A stretch of 40,806 bases of DNA from Octopus bimaculoides (GCF_001194135.2 NC_068983.1:128244237-128285042); one strand, 5' to 3'; shown: positions 1 through 12,189, counted from the first letter of the stretch. Notes: generated by a model not told the origin, from the letters alone. Made by a program: numbers and translations.

Positions 1-239
1 TATATATATAAATAAATATGTATGTATACATATATGTAGTTCTACTGATATGCAAGCATGTAGACTGATGATGATGTTATGATCAACACAGATGTTTGGG
101 GGATGAGAGATAGAGTAATATGTGTGATAAGGAGATGGGTGGAAAGGATGGTAATAAAAAATGAGATCAAGGATGTAAGATAGGCTGGCAAGGTTCAAAT
201 ATTGTGTGTGAACATAAGTGAATGGGTCTTTCCAATAAA

Positions 240-700
240 TACGATTCTCTGTCTTCCCTTATGAGATGCAGCATTAGCAGGTAAGACTTCAATCCTTCAG
301 CCCAAGATTTTCTTGATTTAACATAATCTATATATTGCACTATCTCAGCACACCCTTATTCAGCAGACATCATCTATGCCTATACTAACACTGACTTCTC
401 TCTTGTACCCAGTTTGTCCCTTGTGCTCTGGAGTTTGTTTGCTACCATTACACATTCACCAAAGCTTGATTTTCTCATTTCTTCCTGAATTTTGCAAATC
501 TTCTACATTCAGACCCCATACAACATATAAGTTCTAAAACAAGCATCATACAATGCACTTTTCAACATAAGGTAAAAGATCTTCATTGCGAGCAGAAATT
601 TTGCAACCCATTCTCACCCAGATGATGACTATACATTCTGAACAACAACCTTTGGTTTTCATACAGCTGCTTTCTCAGAATGAAGGGTATTATCACTCAC
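240..700 (-). mobile_element. Degraded RTE-clade LINE, C-terminal part of RT ORF
   Basis: Minus-strand translation with frameshifts gives GCCSECIV...RMGCK, ALYDACFRTYMLYG, LNVEDLQ...RNE...MCN and RDKLG. This follows the RTE C-terminal pattern also seen at 16230-16850 and 20145-21500. Confidence 0.6.
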
Positions 701-789
701 AAGTCACACCAAACCCTATTCTCAGTTGTAACTATTGAGATCCTGAAGTTTGCCTGCTTTATCAGGCATGTTTAATTAACTTGGTTGTT

Positions 790-1145
790 GATGAAGCCAA
801 AGTTACAATATAATGAAGAAAATATATGTTGGTTTATGTGAAGGTAATTTTAAAAGCCAGTATGGAAACCACTAGCTTTCTTTTAACACTTCGATAAAAA
901 TAAAGCCACTAAACAGGCAATGATTTTAAAGACCAACTGCACACCAAATACAATCAAGTGGAGAATAGAGGAGAAATGTATGCCATATCTAAATGGATCA
1001 AAGAGATGTGAGTTATGTGTTGCTGAAAGATTGTACATTCACTTTAGATCCAAGAATTCTATCAAACTACTTAATTCCAGATCTAAAAGTTTTAGCAAAT
1101 GAAAGCACATGACCAAATTTCTTTTGTTGAGCTGGATTAAGTAGC
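790..1145 (+). mobile_element. Penelope-like element remnant, GIY-YIG endonuclease C-terminus
   Basis: EAKVT then MKKIYVGLCEGNFKSQYGNH* from 813 (YVG at 825-833). After a frameshift: IKWRIEEKCMPYLNGSKRCELCVAERLYI...LLNSRS...SK*KHMTKFLL. These are the PLE YIG, CxxC and CxH motifs. Confidence 0.85.
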
Positions 1146-1244
1146 TATCTCACAGAGTTTGGCCTCCTTTCCGTTATATTATTCAACAATGGATAGATTA
1201 ATTATTTCTAAAGACAAAGGGGATAAAGATCTTGGTTTTCTTAC

Positions 1245-1351
1245 TTTCCTTCTCTTTCTTCTCATTTTATATTCTGCATGTGGCTTCTTCACATTTTTCT
1301 TCCTAAACAAACATTCTGGTTTGCAAATAGTTTTAATGGCATGCACTAAGC
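1245..1351 (-). CDS. Candidate internal coding exon of an unidentified host gene (107 nt)
   Basis: Minus-strand acceptor gtgttttcaagtaatctttcAG|G and donor AAA|GTAAGA. Only one frame is open and it ends on a codon boundary: LVHAIKTICKPECLFRKKNVKKPHAEYKMRRKRRK. No homology recognised and no partner exon established. Confidence 0.3.
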
Positions 1352-1358
1352 CTGAAAG

Positions 1359-1666
1359 ATTACTTGAAAACACATGGCATGTTATATAAATCTGCCAAAT
1401 AATTGTATCTCCACAGCATGAAAACATTAGTTGCTCTTTTTTAAAACATGAGTATTATATAATATTTATCTTTAACTGGATAGAATATTTTTTTTGTTGG
1501 TACTACCTATGAGAAAACAGTAGAAAACACACATGCACACACACAGATATATATATATATATATATATATACAAAAATATATGCATATATATACATAAAT
1601 ACACACATATATACAAACGTATATACATATGTATATATGCACATAAACATTTATAAATCCATTGTT

Positions 1667-1709
<43 letters not shown>

Positions 1710-2110
1710 CATATGTATATATGTGTAGTTTAGGACAATCAGTAAATTGTTGTAACAGGACTCAGAGTTTCAAATGCCGAGCTAAGAGCTACAATGCATT
1801 CTCATCAGCTATTATGACTACACATTATAAAAAAAAAACATTGAATAAAAGGTAAATTACTCTAATAGGTAGGAAAAAATATAAAATATAAAAATACATG
1901 CAAACATATTGTCGCAATACATAGAATCCTCTAGCATTCATAATGTCTACATATATGTACACACTCACACAAACATTTATATATACATGCCCATACACAC
2001 ACACAAGCATATATGTGCATTTATGTACTCATACACATGTCGACACACATTACTTGAAGACACATGGCATGTTATATAAATTTGTCAAATAATTGTATCT
2101 CCACAGTATG
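1359..2110 (+). repeat. 62-bp direct repeat pair (1359-1420 and 2049-2110)
   Basis: attacttgaa(a/g)acacatggcatgttatataaat(c/t)tg(c/t)caaataattgtatctccacag(c/t)atg; 4 mismatches in 62 nt. Confidence 0.95.
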
Positions 2111-2444
2111 CATTGTGTGTGGTTATGTGTATGAGTATGTAAATGCACATATATATATTTGTGTGTGTATGGGCACGTATATACACATGTTTGTGTTAGT
2201 GCATACGTATGTAGATGTTATATACACAGGAAGTTTCTATGTATTGTGAGGGTATGGTCGAATGTATTTTTTATCTTTTATATTTTTTTCCTGTCTATTA
2301 GAGTAACTACCCTTTTATTCAATGGTTTCTTATAGTGTCTATTGTCATATAGCCGATGAGAATGCATCATAAGCTTAGCTCTGGCATTTGAAAATCTGAG
2401 TCTTATCATGACAACTTACTGATTGTCCTAAACTATACATATAT
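1718..2444. repeat. Long imperfect inverted repeat, arms ~1718-2048 and ~2115-2444
   Basis: For example tagtttaggacaatcagtaa (1726-1745) is the reverse complement of ttactgattgtcctaaacta (2416-2435). Other matched blocks (tcaaatgcc, atgcattctcatc, cattgaataaaagg, gcccatacacacac) stay colinear across the arms. Roughly 80% identity by eye. Confidence 0.9.
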
Positions 2445-2870
2445 AAATTCCTCTACTTACCTAATATCGAGGTCTCATTCTTTTGTTGTCATTTTATTAT
2501 CATTATTATTATCATATATACACATATATAAATATATATATATATATANNNNNNNNNNNNNNNNNNNNNNNNNNNNNNNNNNNNNNNNNNNNNNNNNNNN
2601 NNNNNNNNNNNNNNNNNNNNNNNNNNNNNNNNNNNNNNNNNNNNNNNNNNNNNNNNNNNNNNNNNNNNNNNNNNNNNNNNNNNNNNNNNNNNNNNNNNNN
2701 NNNNNNNNNNNNNNNNNNNNNNNNNNNNNNNNNNNNNNNNNNNNNNNNNNNNNNNNNNNNNNNNNNNNNNNNNNNNNNNNNNNNNNNNNNNNNNNNNNNN
2801 NNNNNNNNNNNNNNNNNNNNNNNNNNNNNNNNNNNNNNNNNNNNNNNNNNNNNNNNNNNNNNNNNNNNNN

Positions 2871-2959
<89 letters not shown>

Positions 2960-3029
2960 CATATATATATATATATACATATATGTATATATACAAACAT
3001 ATATATACACATATGTATATATACATATA

Positions 3030-3520
3030 TATACATCAGTATAGGAGCTCCAACAGCAATGCTGATGGCAATAGTAGTGCCAACAGAGACACAAAAAACG
3101 ACAACAACATCGCCAACACCAACACAGCCAGCAAAGGTGTCCCCTTCGCCAGCATTAACAATGCTGATGTCTACACTAAGAACACCAGCACCAACAACAG
3201 TGGAAGCAGCATCTTCAACATCAACAGAAGCAGCATTGCCAGCAGCAATATTCAGAGATACATCAGATGTCCCAGAAACACCTCCAAGCAATGCCTCTCA
3301 AACCACAGATCGTTGTTTAGGATCCTGGGGAGATGATATACCATGTCCTTGACCAGTCATATGTGATGGCTGAAGGACAAATGTACTTCACAAGTAAATT
3401 CGTGGAAGATCCTAGAAAATCCAGCCCATACATCAATGGGAGAAAACATTGTAAGCTGTGCATAGCTGAACAGGAGAGGATATTAAAAAAATATCTTAAA
3501 TTCCTGGACAGAAGACTTTG
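3030..3520 (+). mobile_element. Penelope-like GIY-YIG endonuclease remnant with Asn/Ser-rich linker
   Basis: RCPL in a shifted frame, then DVY, then [23 protein letters not shown] (degenerate YIG...F..R..NH..SF). A second frame gives KSSPYINGRKHCKLCIAEQERIL (PY.NG.K.C.LC..E motif). Confidence 0.7.
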
Positions 3521-4322
3521 GACCCGGCTTACACTTCAGGAGATTCCTGCTGAAATCCTGGGACCTGCAAGATGACCAGGTGGATTCTGGATAGTGGCTC
3601 AACGTTTATCCATGAGATGTTTTCCTTCTACTTTGAAGAGAGGTTATGGGCCACTGGCCATTGGGGTCTAATGAGACACTGTATATATATATATATATAA
3701 TTTTTCAAAGTAAACTCTGTAATCGTTACTAATATAGCATAAGACTTCACCTCAAAGNNNNNNNNNNNNNNNNNNNNNNNNNNNNNNNNNNNNNNNNNNN
3801 NNNNNNNNNNNNNNNNNNNNNNNNNNNNNNNNNNNNNNNNNNNNNNNNNNNNNNNNNNNNNNNNNNNNNNNNNNNNNNNNNNNNNNNNNNNNNNNNNNNN
3901 NNNNNNNNNNNNNNNNNNNNNNNNNNNNNNNNNNNNNNNNNNNNNNNNNNNNNNNNNNNNNNNNNNNNNNNNNNNNNNNNNNNNNNNNNNNNNNNNNNNN
4001 NNNNNNNNNNNNNNNNNNNNNNNNNNNNNNNNNNNNNNNNNNNNNNNNNNNNNNNNNNNNNNNNNNNNNNNNNNNNNNNNNNNNNNNNNNNNNNNNNNNN
4101 NNNNNNNNNNNNNNNNNNNNNNNNNNNNNNNNNNNNNNNNNNNNNNNNNNNNNNNNNNNNNNNNNNNNNNNNNNNNNNNNNNNNNCGAGACGTTTAATTT
4201 TCAACGTATGGATGGTTGGATATAGTCAAGCACAGAAATGTTGACATTGAATGTTAAATAATGGAAAAAATCTACGGTGTCTGAATTTCTCTCTTTTTAA
4301 ATGTATAAATTTGAAGCCTTGG

Positions 4323-4365
<43 letters not shown>

Positions 4366-6079
4366 TTATCATGAACATTATACATCTGTCTCCATACTGA
4401 CATTAGTTGCATAGCTCCTTATGGTCTGATAGTATTCCTGTTTGAAGTTACTCTATACCTGCATGAGTTGAAGGAGCACTTTTTTACTTGTGTGTTGCAT
4501 TTCTGACATGACTTTGGCTGCTGGGTATCCATCCTAACATGAACTATTTTACAGAGATACTGAATGCAGTTCCCCATGGCACCAACACTTTTACTCCATA
4601 ATGCTAAAGTGCCTTCCTTACTTTACGCTATGTACATTCACTTCATGGCAATGTCTTTAGGAATGTGACCAGCTGATGAATTGATATATAAAAAAATCAC
4701 CAGGATCAGTGGTTGAGGAGAACAAGAGTATCATGATAGAAATTGTGTCTGGGGTGAGGGAATGTTGACTATTGAAATGTTGGCTATTGGTATGAAAGGA
4801 GTTTTCACCAGGTATGTTGGATTCAGGATGGTAACTCATATACACAACCAACACTCAATGATAGTGATTATTATATACAAATACATGCACTCAAATATGC
4901 ACTTGCATACACAAACTTATACATATTCTCTTTCTCTCTCTCACACACGTGTGCATATGTGTGTGTGAGTTTGTGTGCATCCGTGTATGCCTGTGTATCT
5001 GTATTGTCTATATACTTGTATGAGTATATTGGGCATATAATTCAGCCAATTTTCTGCTGCATTTAACTCTTTCCCACCAATATTTGTTTTCCATTAATTA
5101 TCATCAAAAATCAATTAAAAACAAATAAGTTTGTCTCTGTATTTCATATGTGTAATTAGTCAAGAGTTTTCTTCATTTATATTACATTTTCACTTAATTA
5201 TGTTTGTAAATTCATTTACTGAAATTCTGAAACTGCATAATCTGTAAAGAATGAATAGTTTTGTAATTAACCGATTAAGTAGTCTTTGTTTGTGAATATA
5301 ATACTGAAAATCTTTGAATCCCATTGCATTTTGACATTGCCGGTGATTTGGAATTAAATCTTGTTTCAGATATTTTTTTTCTCCTCTCTTCCCTATGAAA
5401 GTGTTAAATCTATTTCACAAAAATGTGCTCACAACTGTGGGACCACAGCTATTTGGGGCAAAGTTCAGAGAAAGAAAAACTAATCGTATAAAAAATCTAA
5501 TAATTTGTTTTCCATTTGAAGGTTACACAAAAGTAAAAGTCATCATTGAGAATACTACCAACAAGTATTTCTTGTAGAGAAACTGGAAACAAAAATAGAT
5601 GTTCATAAACAAAAGCATAAAATATATTATTTGAAGGAGTTTATTCTCTTGAAAATATTGTAAAAACAAAAACTAATAATGCAAGACTTTACTAGATACA
5701 TACATATTTTGAATTTGAAGCAAGAATTCTACTGGGGATTTGGCGAAAATATTCCTGTGAATGTTGATGTCAAATGGGAATTTCATTGAAAACTTTCTCT
5801 GAGTTAGGTGATGGTAAATTTGAGAGAAAAATACATTCTTCTAGAGAGTTGATACACAAACAAAGTTTGTTTATGTTGCCACATGTTGTTAAATGATAGA
5901 ATCTTCATTAATTCTGATATCCAGTATAAATAAACTTTTAACAGAACAAATTTTGGTAGCACCAATATGGTTAGATGATAGAATATTTATGAAGGTGAAA
6001 ATATAAAGAAACAAAAAGATATAAATCACAGATAGCAATGACAGCTCAATGTGAATATTCTTGTGAGATAAGGGAAAGA

Positions 6080-6195
6080 ATGGTCATGTGGTTAAGAAGT
6101 ATCCTCCACAAGCACAAGACTCAGAATTTGATTCTTCTGTATGGCACATTAGGCTTAAATACTTGCACTATGGGTTTAGATTGAATTTTAAGTGT
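6080..6195 (+). mobile_element. Highly degenerate head of SINE family A (tRNA-like head with internal microsatellite)
   Basis: tggtcatgtggttaagaagtatcc...ctgtatggcacattaggc...acttgcactat aligns loosely with the head at 33381-33480. Confidence 0.4.
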
Positions 6196-6365
6196 ATTTT
6201 AGAAGGGGCTTCTTATATATAAGTGTGTATGTGCATATGGTAGGGTGTTTCTGAACAAGTATACATGTGTGTATGAATATATATGTATGTATATACAATA
6301 ATATATATTTATATATACACACACATGTATCAGTATATAAATGTATATATATGTACCTTTATTTG

Positions 6366-6406
<41 letters not shown>

Positions 6407-7531
6407 AATCCATTTGAGCTTTACGAAAATTTGAAAAGAAAATTTCCATTTATAAATTAAATACAAAATAATCTTCATCAAAAGCTTGGATCCATTACTG
6501 AAAATTATTGGTTTGTTTTAAACGGGCCCAAAAATCCTTGCATTGTACAAGAATATTACATGATATAAGATAAATTTATATCAACTGAGATTGAAAATGA
6601 TGTCATGATATTGAATTGCCAGGAGCTTGCCATGCTTGTTCCCAAAGTGTTTGCGTTTGCCCCTGTTTGTGATATTAAAATATATATATATATATCAATA
6701 TCTTTTCATACACACTCAATACAACAGTGATAAACAAATACAAGTATGAGCTAGATTTGTGCAAAGATAACGTAATGTAGTGGGTCACAAATGATGCACT
6801 GCATAATGTTGCTGTGCTGCAATATGCTGCAAAATTAATATAAAAATTTATATTTAAGAAATGTTAAAATCCCTGCCAAAAATCAACAATTCATGTTTCT
6901 ATTTGATGACTATGCTACAGAAACAAGTACTTATTAATTTTGTGTAGGTTACATAAATATTTAAAGGTTAAAAGGTATAAATACCTTGTTTCAAAACATA
7001 TTTTGATTTTATGGACATTGTATATTGTTATTTGTTCTATAGTGCACCACAAAAAAGAAAGAGTTTTGGACTCACTGCGCTAACATCTTGAAGAATAATT
7101 CATCTATTGCATTCTTTCATTAATTTTGAAACTAGTAAAACTTTTAAGCTTTCATTTTGCATGTGCATATGTATTGAACATAGTTTGAGATGACGATGAA
7201 TATTGAAAATGGGTGGTTAAATAAATTTTAACATATATATATATATATATATATATATGTATAATGTATATAATGTTTCAGCATGTAAGTATACAGGCTA
7301 GAAAGCATGTGTGTTAATATTTATATTGAAGCTATGAAAATGTGCATACTTTTGTGAAAGCATGTTGTGATCTGCTCTTAAAACACACACTAGTGCATAT
7401 AAAAACAAACTGCAAGGCATTCAACTTTAAAGAGTTAAAGAAATATTGATAGTTCTTGTGTAAGCATACATTTATCGATAAAATTTGAAACACACACACA
7501 CAATCACACCTGACACACTAATGAAAACTTC

Positions 7532-7582
<51 letters not shown>

Positions 7583-7877
7583 GCTTTGATGATGCAAACA
7601 GGAAAATAGAATAAAAACATGAATAAATAAATATTTTTTGTTAATAATCAGCAGAAGTTACACAGTGATTCAAGTGCCTATAGGTTTGTGTGTTTGGTGA
7701 TGCACAAGGCTCTCAACCCTTGAGTCACTTAGTGATTACTAATGAAAATCGTGTGTATATGTATGTATATATGTGTTTGTATGTGTGTGTATATATACAT
7801 GCACACACATTTACATGTATATGTATGCATACATATACTTATATGTGTGTGTGTCTGTATATATACGTGTGTGCATG

Positions 7878-7924
<47 letters not shown>

Positions 7925-8717
7925 ATATGTACGTATGTATATATATGCAGTTATACATGGCATTTTGGGGAGTGTATATTCTCCAGCATATGCCAGCTTA
8001 TTTCTGACAGCTAAAACAACAAAGGACATGTTAATTAGATTCACAATTAGAATCATAATAACTTTTTTTTTCTCTTCCCATATATAAAATGTAATATACA
8101 TATATCTTTTTCTCTGAAGTTTATGCCAGAATAAATAATACAAGAAATCATAATTTTAATGTTGGTCTTAATTTATAAATACCATCAATTGAAAAATTAT
8201 GGAAAAACAAATTTTTATTTATTTTTCAAATAATACATCTGTAATGACAGATTTTTACATTTATAAATTCAAAATATGTTGAATTAGAACTTAAAATACT
8301 GGACAACAGAATTTTAAAAAAACCTCTTACTTTGGCAGCTATATGCATAGATGTCTGTGTGATGTTAATGAATGTGTAGTAGCTGTGTATGTCTTATGTG
8401 TGTATATATATATATATATAAGTATATGCCTGTGTGTATGTATATTTATACTATGATTATTTGGAGTTTGTTGTGTTTACAGAAGTTTCATGCATTAATA
8501 CATTCATCAGGCCTGCTGAAACTCAAAATGTTACTTAGCTTGTGCGCTGAATTTAGAAATTTAACAGTTGATTATATATATGTTGCCATTAAACTCTCCT
8601 TATCTAATATTCAGCGCTTTCATCTTTTTATATACACTACATTTGTATGTATGTGTACATATATAAATGTGTATGTATATGTGTGTGTAGATATATGTAT
8701 GTATGTTTATATATATA

Positions 8718-8870
8718 GGCTCAGGGGTGGCTATGTTGTAAGATGTTTACTTCCCAACCACATGGTTCTGGATTCAGTCTTACCACATGGCTCCTTGGGC
8801 ACATGTCTCCTACTATCGCCCTAAGTTGAACAAGGCCTTGTGAATGAACTTGGTAGATGGTAATAGGATA
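8718..8870 (+). mobile_element. SINE family A, 5' head fragment
   Basis: ggggtggctatgttgtaagatgtttacttcccaaccacatggttctggattcagtc...ccttgggcacatgtctcctactat...ccttgtgaatgaacttggtagatgg matches 33381-33520. Confidence 0.8.
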
Positions 8871-9380
8871 AAGATTTTTTTTAAATATGTGTGTGTGTGT
8901 TTGTGCATGCATGTGCACATGTGTGTACACATGCTTGCTAGTTGCAGAATGGAGTGAAATACAATTAATGACAAATATTCAAAATCACTAAGTAAAACGG
9001 ACCATTTGATCAAATCTGTGTTTACATATGTTGATTATTGGCATCTTCCATTCTTGATTTTTACTTGTCCAAGATGCAACCGACCAGTTACCTATAAAAC
9101 TATTTTATTTACTATATTGTTTCTTCACTTAAAATGGTAGGAGTTCATTTGAAGGAGATATGAATAACATTTTTATTGTTGATTAACAGCAAATCTGTCC
9201 TTATCTTGCATACCTATTATCAAAACTGTTCCAATCTTCACCATTCCATCTTTATCTGCATATGGCTGATAACAATCTCCAATGTGTCCTTGATTTGTTT
9301 TCCCTTTCCTCTTTTAAACAGTAATGTTAGATTTAGAGAGATTTAACTGCTATTCTAGCAGGTGTATTCACTATGTAGAC

Positions 9381-9722
9381 CAGTGATTCTCAATCATTTT
9401 TCTACCTTTGGACCCCTTTTCATTATTATTCTATTCTCGTGGAGCCCCATAGCTAACCGATGTTTAAAAGCTAGTTGTATTGATTCAAAATTCCAATTTT
9501 GTTTTTCATACATTCCCTTGTATAATTGTGCAACAGCACTCTCTGAGAGAACATGTTTCAGTTGCCAGAAACTTGTTAAACCTAGCTGTTTCTTGCAAAG
9601 GGTTTTTCATGGATCCTTAAAATACTACTGTGTATCCCCAAATTACGATTTTGCTTGCATGCATCCCCCAAAATCTTATATAGATCCCCGGGGTCCACCT
9701 GGACTCCAGTTGACAACCACTG
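9381..9722. mobile_element. Non-autonomous hAT (Charlie-like) MITE, 342 bp
   Basis: TIRs cagtgattctcaa (9381-9393) and ttgacaaccactg (9710-9722) match at 11/13. 8-bp TSD atgtagac (9373-9380) versus atatagac (9723-9730) matches at 7/8. Subterminal ggacccc/ggggtcc. No transposase. Confidence 0.85.
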
Positions 9723-9765
9723 ATATAGACACTCCCTTATGTGGTTGATAAAAGTAATACTTTAA

Positions 9766-9982
9766 GTGATGAGCTGGCAAAACTGTTAGCATGCCAGACC
9801 AAAGGCTTAGTGGTATTTCATCTGTCTGTGTTCTGAGCTCAAATTCTGCTAAAATCAACTTTGCTTTTCATCCTTCTGGTGTCAATAATATAAGTACCAG
9901 TCTTTACTAGAATCAATGTAATCGACTCCCCCCCCCGTCAAAATCTTCTGCCCCTGTGCTAACATATCAAGCAACCATTATA
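9766..9982 (+). mobile_element. tRNA-derived SINE, family B
   Basis: A-box-like gagctggcaaaactgttagc and B-box-like gagctcaaattc, then cttttcatccttctggtgtcaataataagtaccag and a 3' tail. Related copies at 23990-24400 and ~25590-25645. Confidence 0.8.
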
Positions 9983-11237
9983 ATGGTAACAGAGTCTATC
10001 ATAAACTGCTACAACTTCTCTCCATAGAACAGATGTAGTTGATGATCACTAATTCCAACTGTCCTGTCCTGTAAGTGATGTTACAAATGTGATTTTGGGC
10101 CAACATTTGATCAGTATTCACATCAACATCAAATCTATCCAATCTTTATTTCACAGATGATTTCATAATTACATCCCATCATCCATAATTTATATATGTT
10201 GCAAATTTGTTGAGCAAAATTTGGTTTTTATATTTACCAATTCAATAGTTGACTGCATTGCTAATTACAATATTAATGATTGATATGAAAGTGATGACAA
10301 CAATGATGTTGATGAGGAGATGATGACAATCATTTTCATAATCATGTTGATGGATTGGTGATGAATGTTAATGTCCATGATGCTTAGGATGATACTGATG
10401 GTGTTAAAGATGATGATGATTATGATGAGAAGTAGACAAGACACTGCTTTACATAATTAGTCCATGTCCTTTCACATACTAAAGCACCACCAAGCTGATT
10501 TTTAATGAGTCACTCACTAACACACTCCAGTCTCTAAACCACAGTCATGCTATCTCCTCTCTTTGTCTTTTCAATCTCCACTACCAATATCTTGTTCCTT
10601 GAATATGGCTGGTTTCATGCCACATTCTCTCAGAAACTCTTAACTCATTTGTCTCTCCTCCTTTAATTCCCTACATTATGCCTGACCCTCCAGACTCTGT
10701 AGTCACCACTATGTTTAGTCCTTCATCACCAAAATGTCATTCATCTAGAATTCCCTTTGTGTATGTCTTTTTTCTGCAGCTGTTAGCTTACAACATTTTA
10801 TGAGAAACATTAACAACATCAATCACCTTGAGCTTAAAGAGGCTCAGAAGACCATAGGAACTGCCTATTCTTTAAAACTGCGAACAATCCCACTCTAACA
10901 TATTTAGGTAGTTGAATCATGTATAGCTAAATCTCTATTTATAGTTAAATCTCTATCTGCTTTATCACAGATGTGATACTGTATCTAGCAAAAAAACACT
11001 GTTATAGTCAAGTTAGCTTCAACCAAGATGCACCAGAAATCTCTGCTCACTCCACTTAGCTTGGTAGATCTTCAATTTCTTGTATATCAGCCAATAACAT
11101 CACTAGTTAAACAGTCTTTATCACTTGTTATGATATAGAAGTTTCTAAAATATAACATGATAGAAACAATATGACCTGGTATTCAGCAAGAAAGCAATGA
11201 CCAGCAAAGCCTATAGTGGGCAACAATACTTAAGATG

Positions 11238-11296
11238 GATGTGGACACATTAGTGTCCACATCATATATGTGGACACATTAGTGTCCACATCATAT
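11238..11296. repeat. Tandem duplication (2 x 29 bp) of a perfect hairpin
   Basis: Unit atgtggacacattagtgtccacatcatat at 11239-11267 and 11268-11296. gatgtggacac-atta-gtgtccacatc is an 11-bp stem with a 4-nt loop. Confidence 0.95.
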
Positions 11297-12088
11297 ATTC
11301 TGAGCTTTCATGAGAAGCCCAGTGTACATACCATCAAGTCAATCTTGGAGCTCCTTTCTTCATAGTCAAATACAAAAAAATAAAAATGATTTCCCCATGT
11401 TGTAATTTTTATTTTTAATTAAACCCCAATCAGCCATGATCAATCAAACCGATGACAGATGATTTTTCTTCCTTGACCATTCTGTATTTATTATATCTGT
11501 CATTATGCTAGTCACATTATCTTTCTGTCTTTTAGATTGCATAGCATGGTTTGAGGAAGACTTGATTGTTATTTCTAGCATGTTAGGAAACCATAAAAAG
11601 GATTTCTCATTGGCCCACATGTCCTTTGCTGATGTCTAATTTTGTATTGATTTAGCCAGCCAATGTGGCACTTTCCTGATGCTATGTCAGTCAATAAATT
11701 AATTTTTGTCTCAAAATATATCTTTGCATGTTGTGTAATTCTAATTATGGGATACCAGAAAATTCAATTAATCACCAAATTAGCAAAAGAAAATAATGAT
11801 TATTGCATATGTATCCGTGATAAAGAATCACACATGTACACATACATACATACATACATACATACATACATAATCTCAATCAAGCATCCACTCAAGCTCA
11901 CACAGCCATATGCACACACATATACACACAGAGATACACATGGACACTGTTTTTCTTATACACATACTAATACTATTTTTTCTACATACTCAGTCTATTT
12001 TTCTCTCGCACATGTATACATAACATGCACCCACACAGAGCCTTTGTTTCTCTCTATCACATGCAATTAACCCACAAGTACACACAAG

Positions 12089-12119
<31 letters not shown>

Positions 12120-12189
12120 ACTCACACACACACACACACACAAATCTGATTTTATTTACCAAAGCATATTTTTGTTGGTTTATTCAGGA

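Noticed and set aside
3036-3352. Mucin-like Ser/Thr/Pro/Ala-rich frame ([11 protein letters not shown]...[15 protein letters not shown]...)
   Set aside because: It is an alternative frame of the aac/agc-rich PLE relic. The other frames carry the GIY-YIG motifs, and no start or splice signals support it.
5411-5470. Possible micro-exon on - (acceptor ...ctttgccccaaatAG, 16 nt, donor GTGAGC) and short + ORF 5395-5577
   Set aside because: Too short to assess and no homology; such signals arise by chance in AT-rich DNA.
6560-6665. Exon-like segment on - after ...tcacaaacAG
   Set aside because: No strong donor, no recognisable peptide, and the phase does not fit the 1245-1351 candidate.
10440-11200. 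Possible very old LINE fragment on -
   Set aside because: Similarity too weak to identify any diagnostic RT motif.
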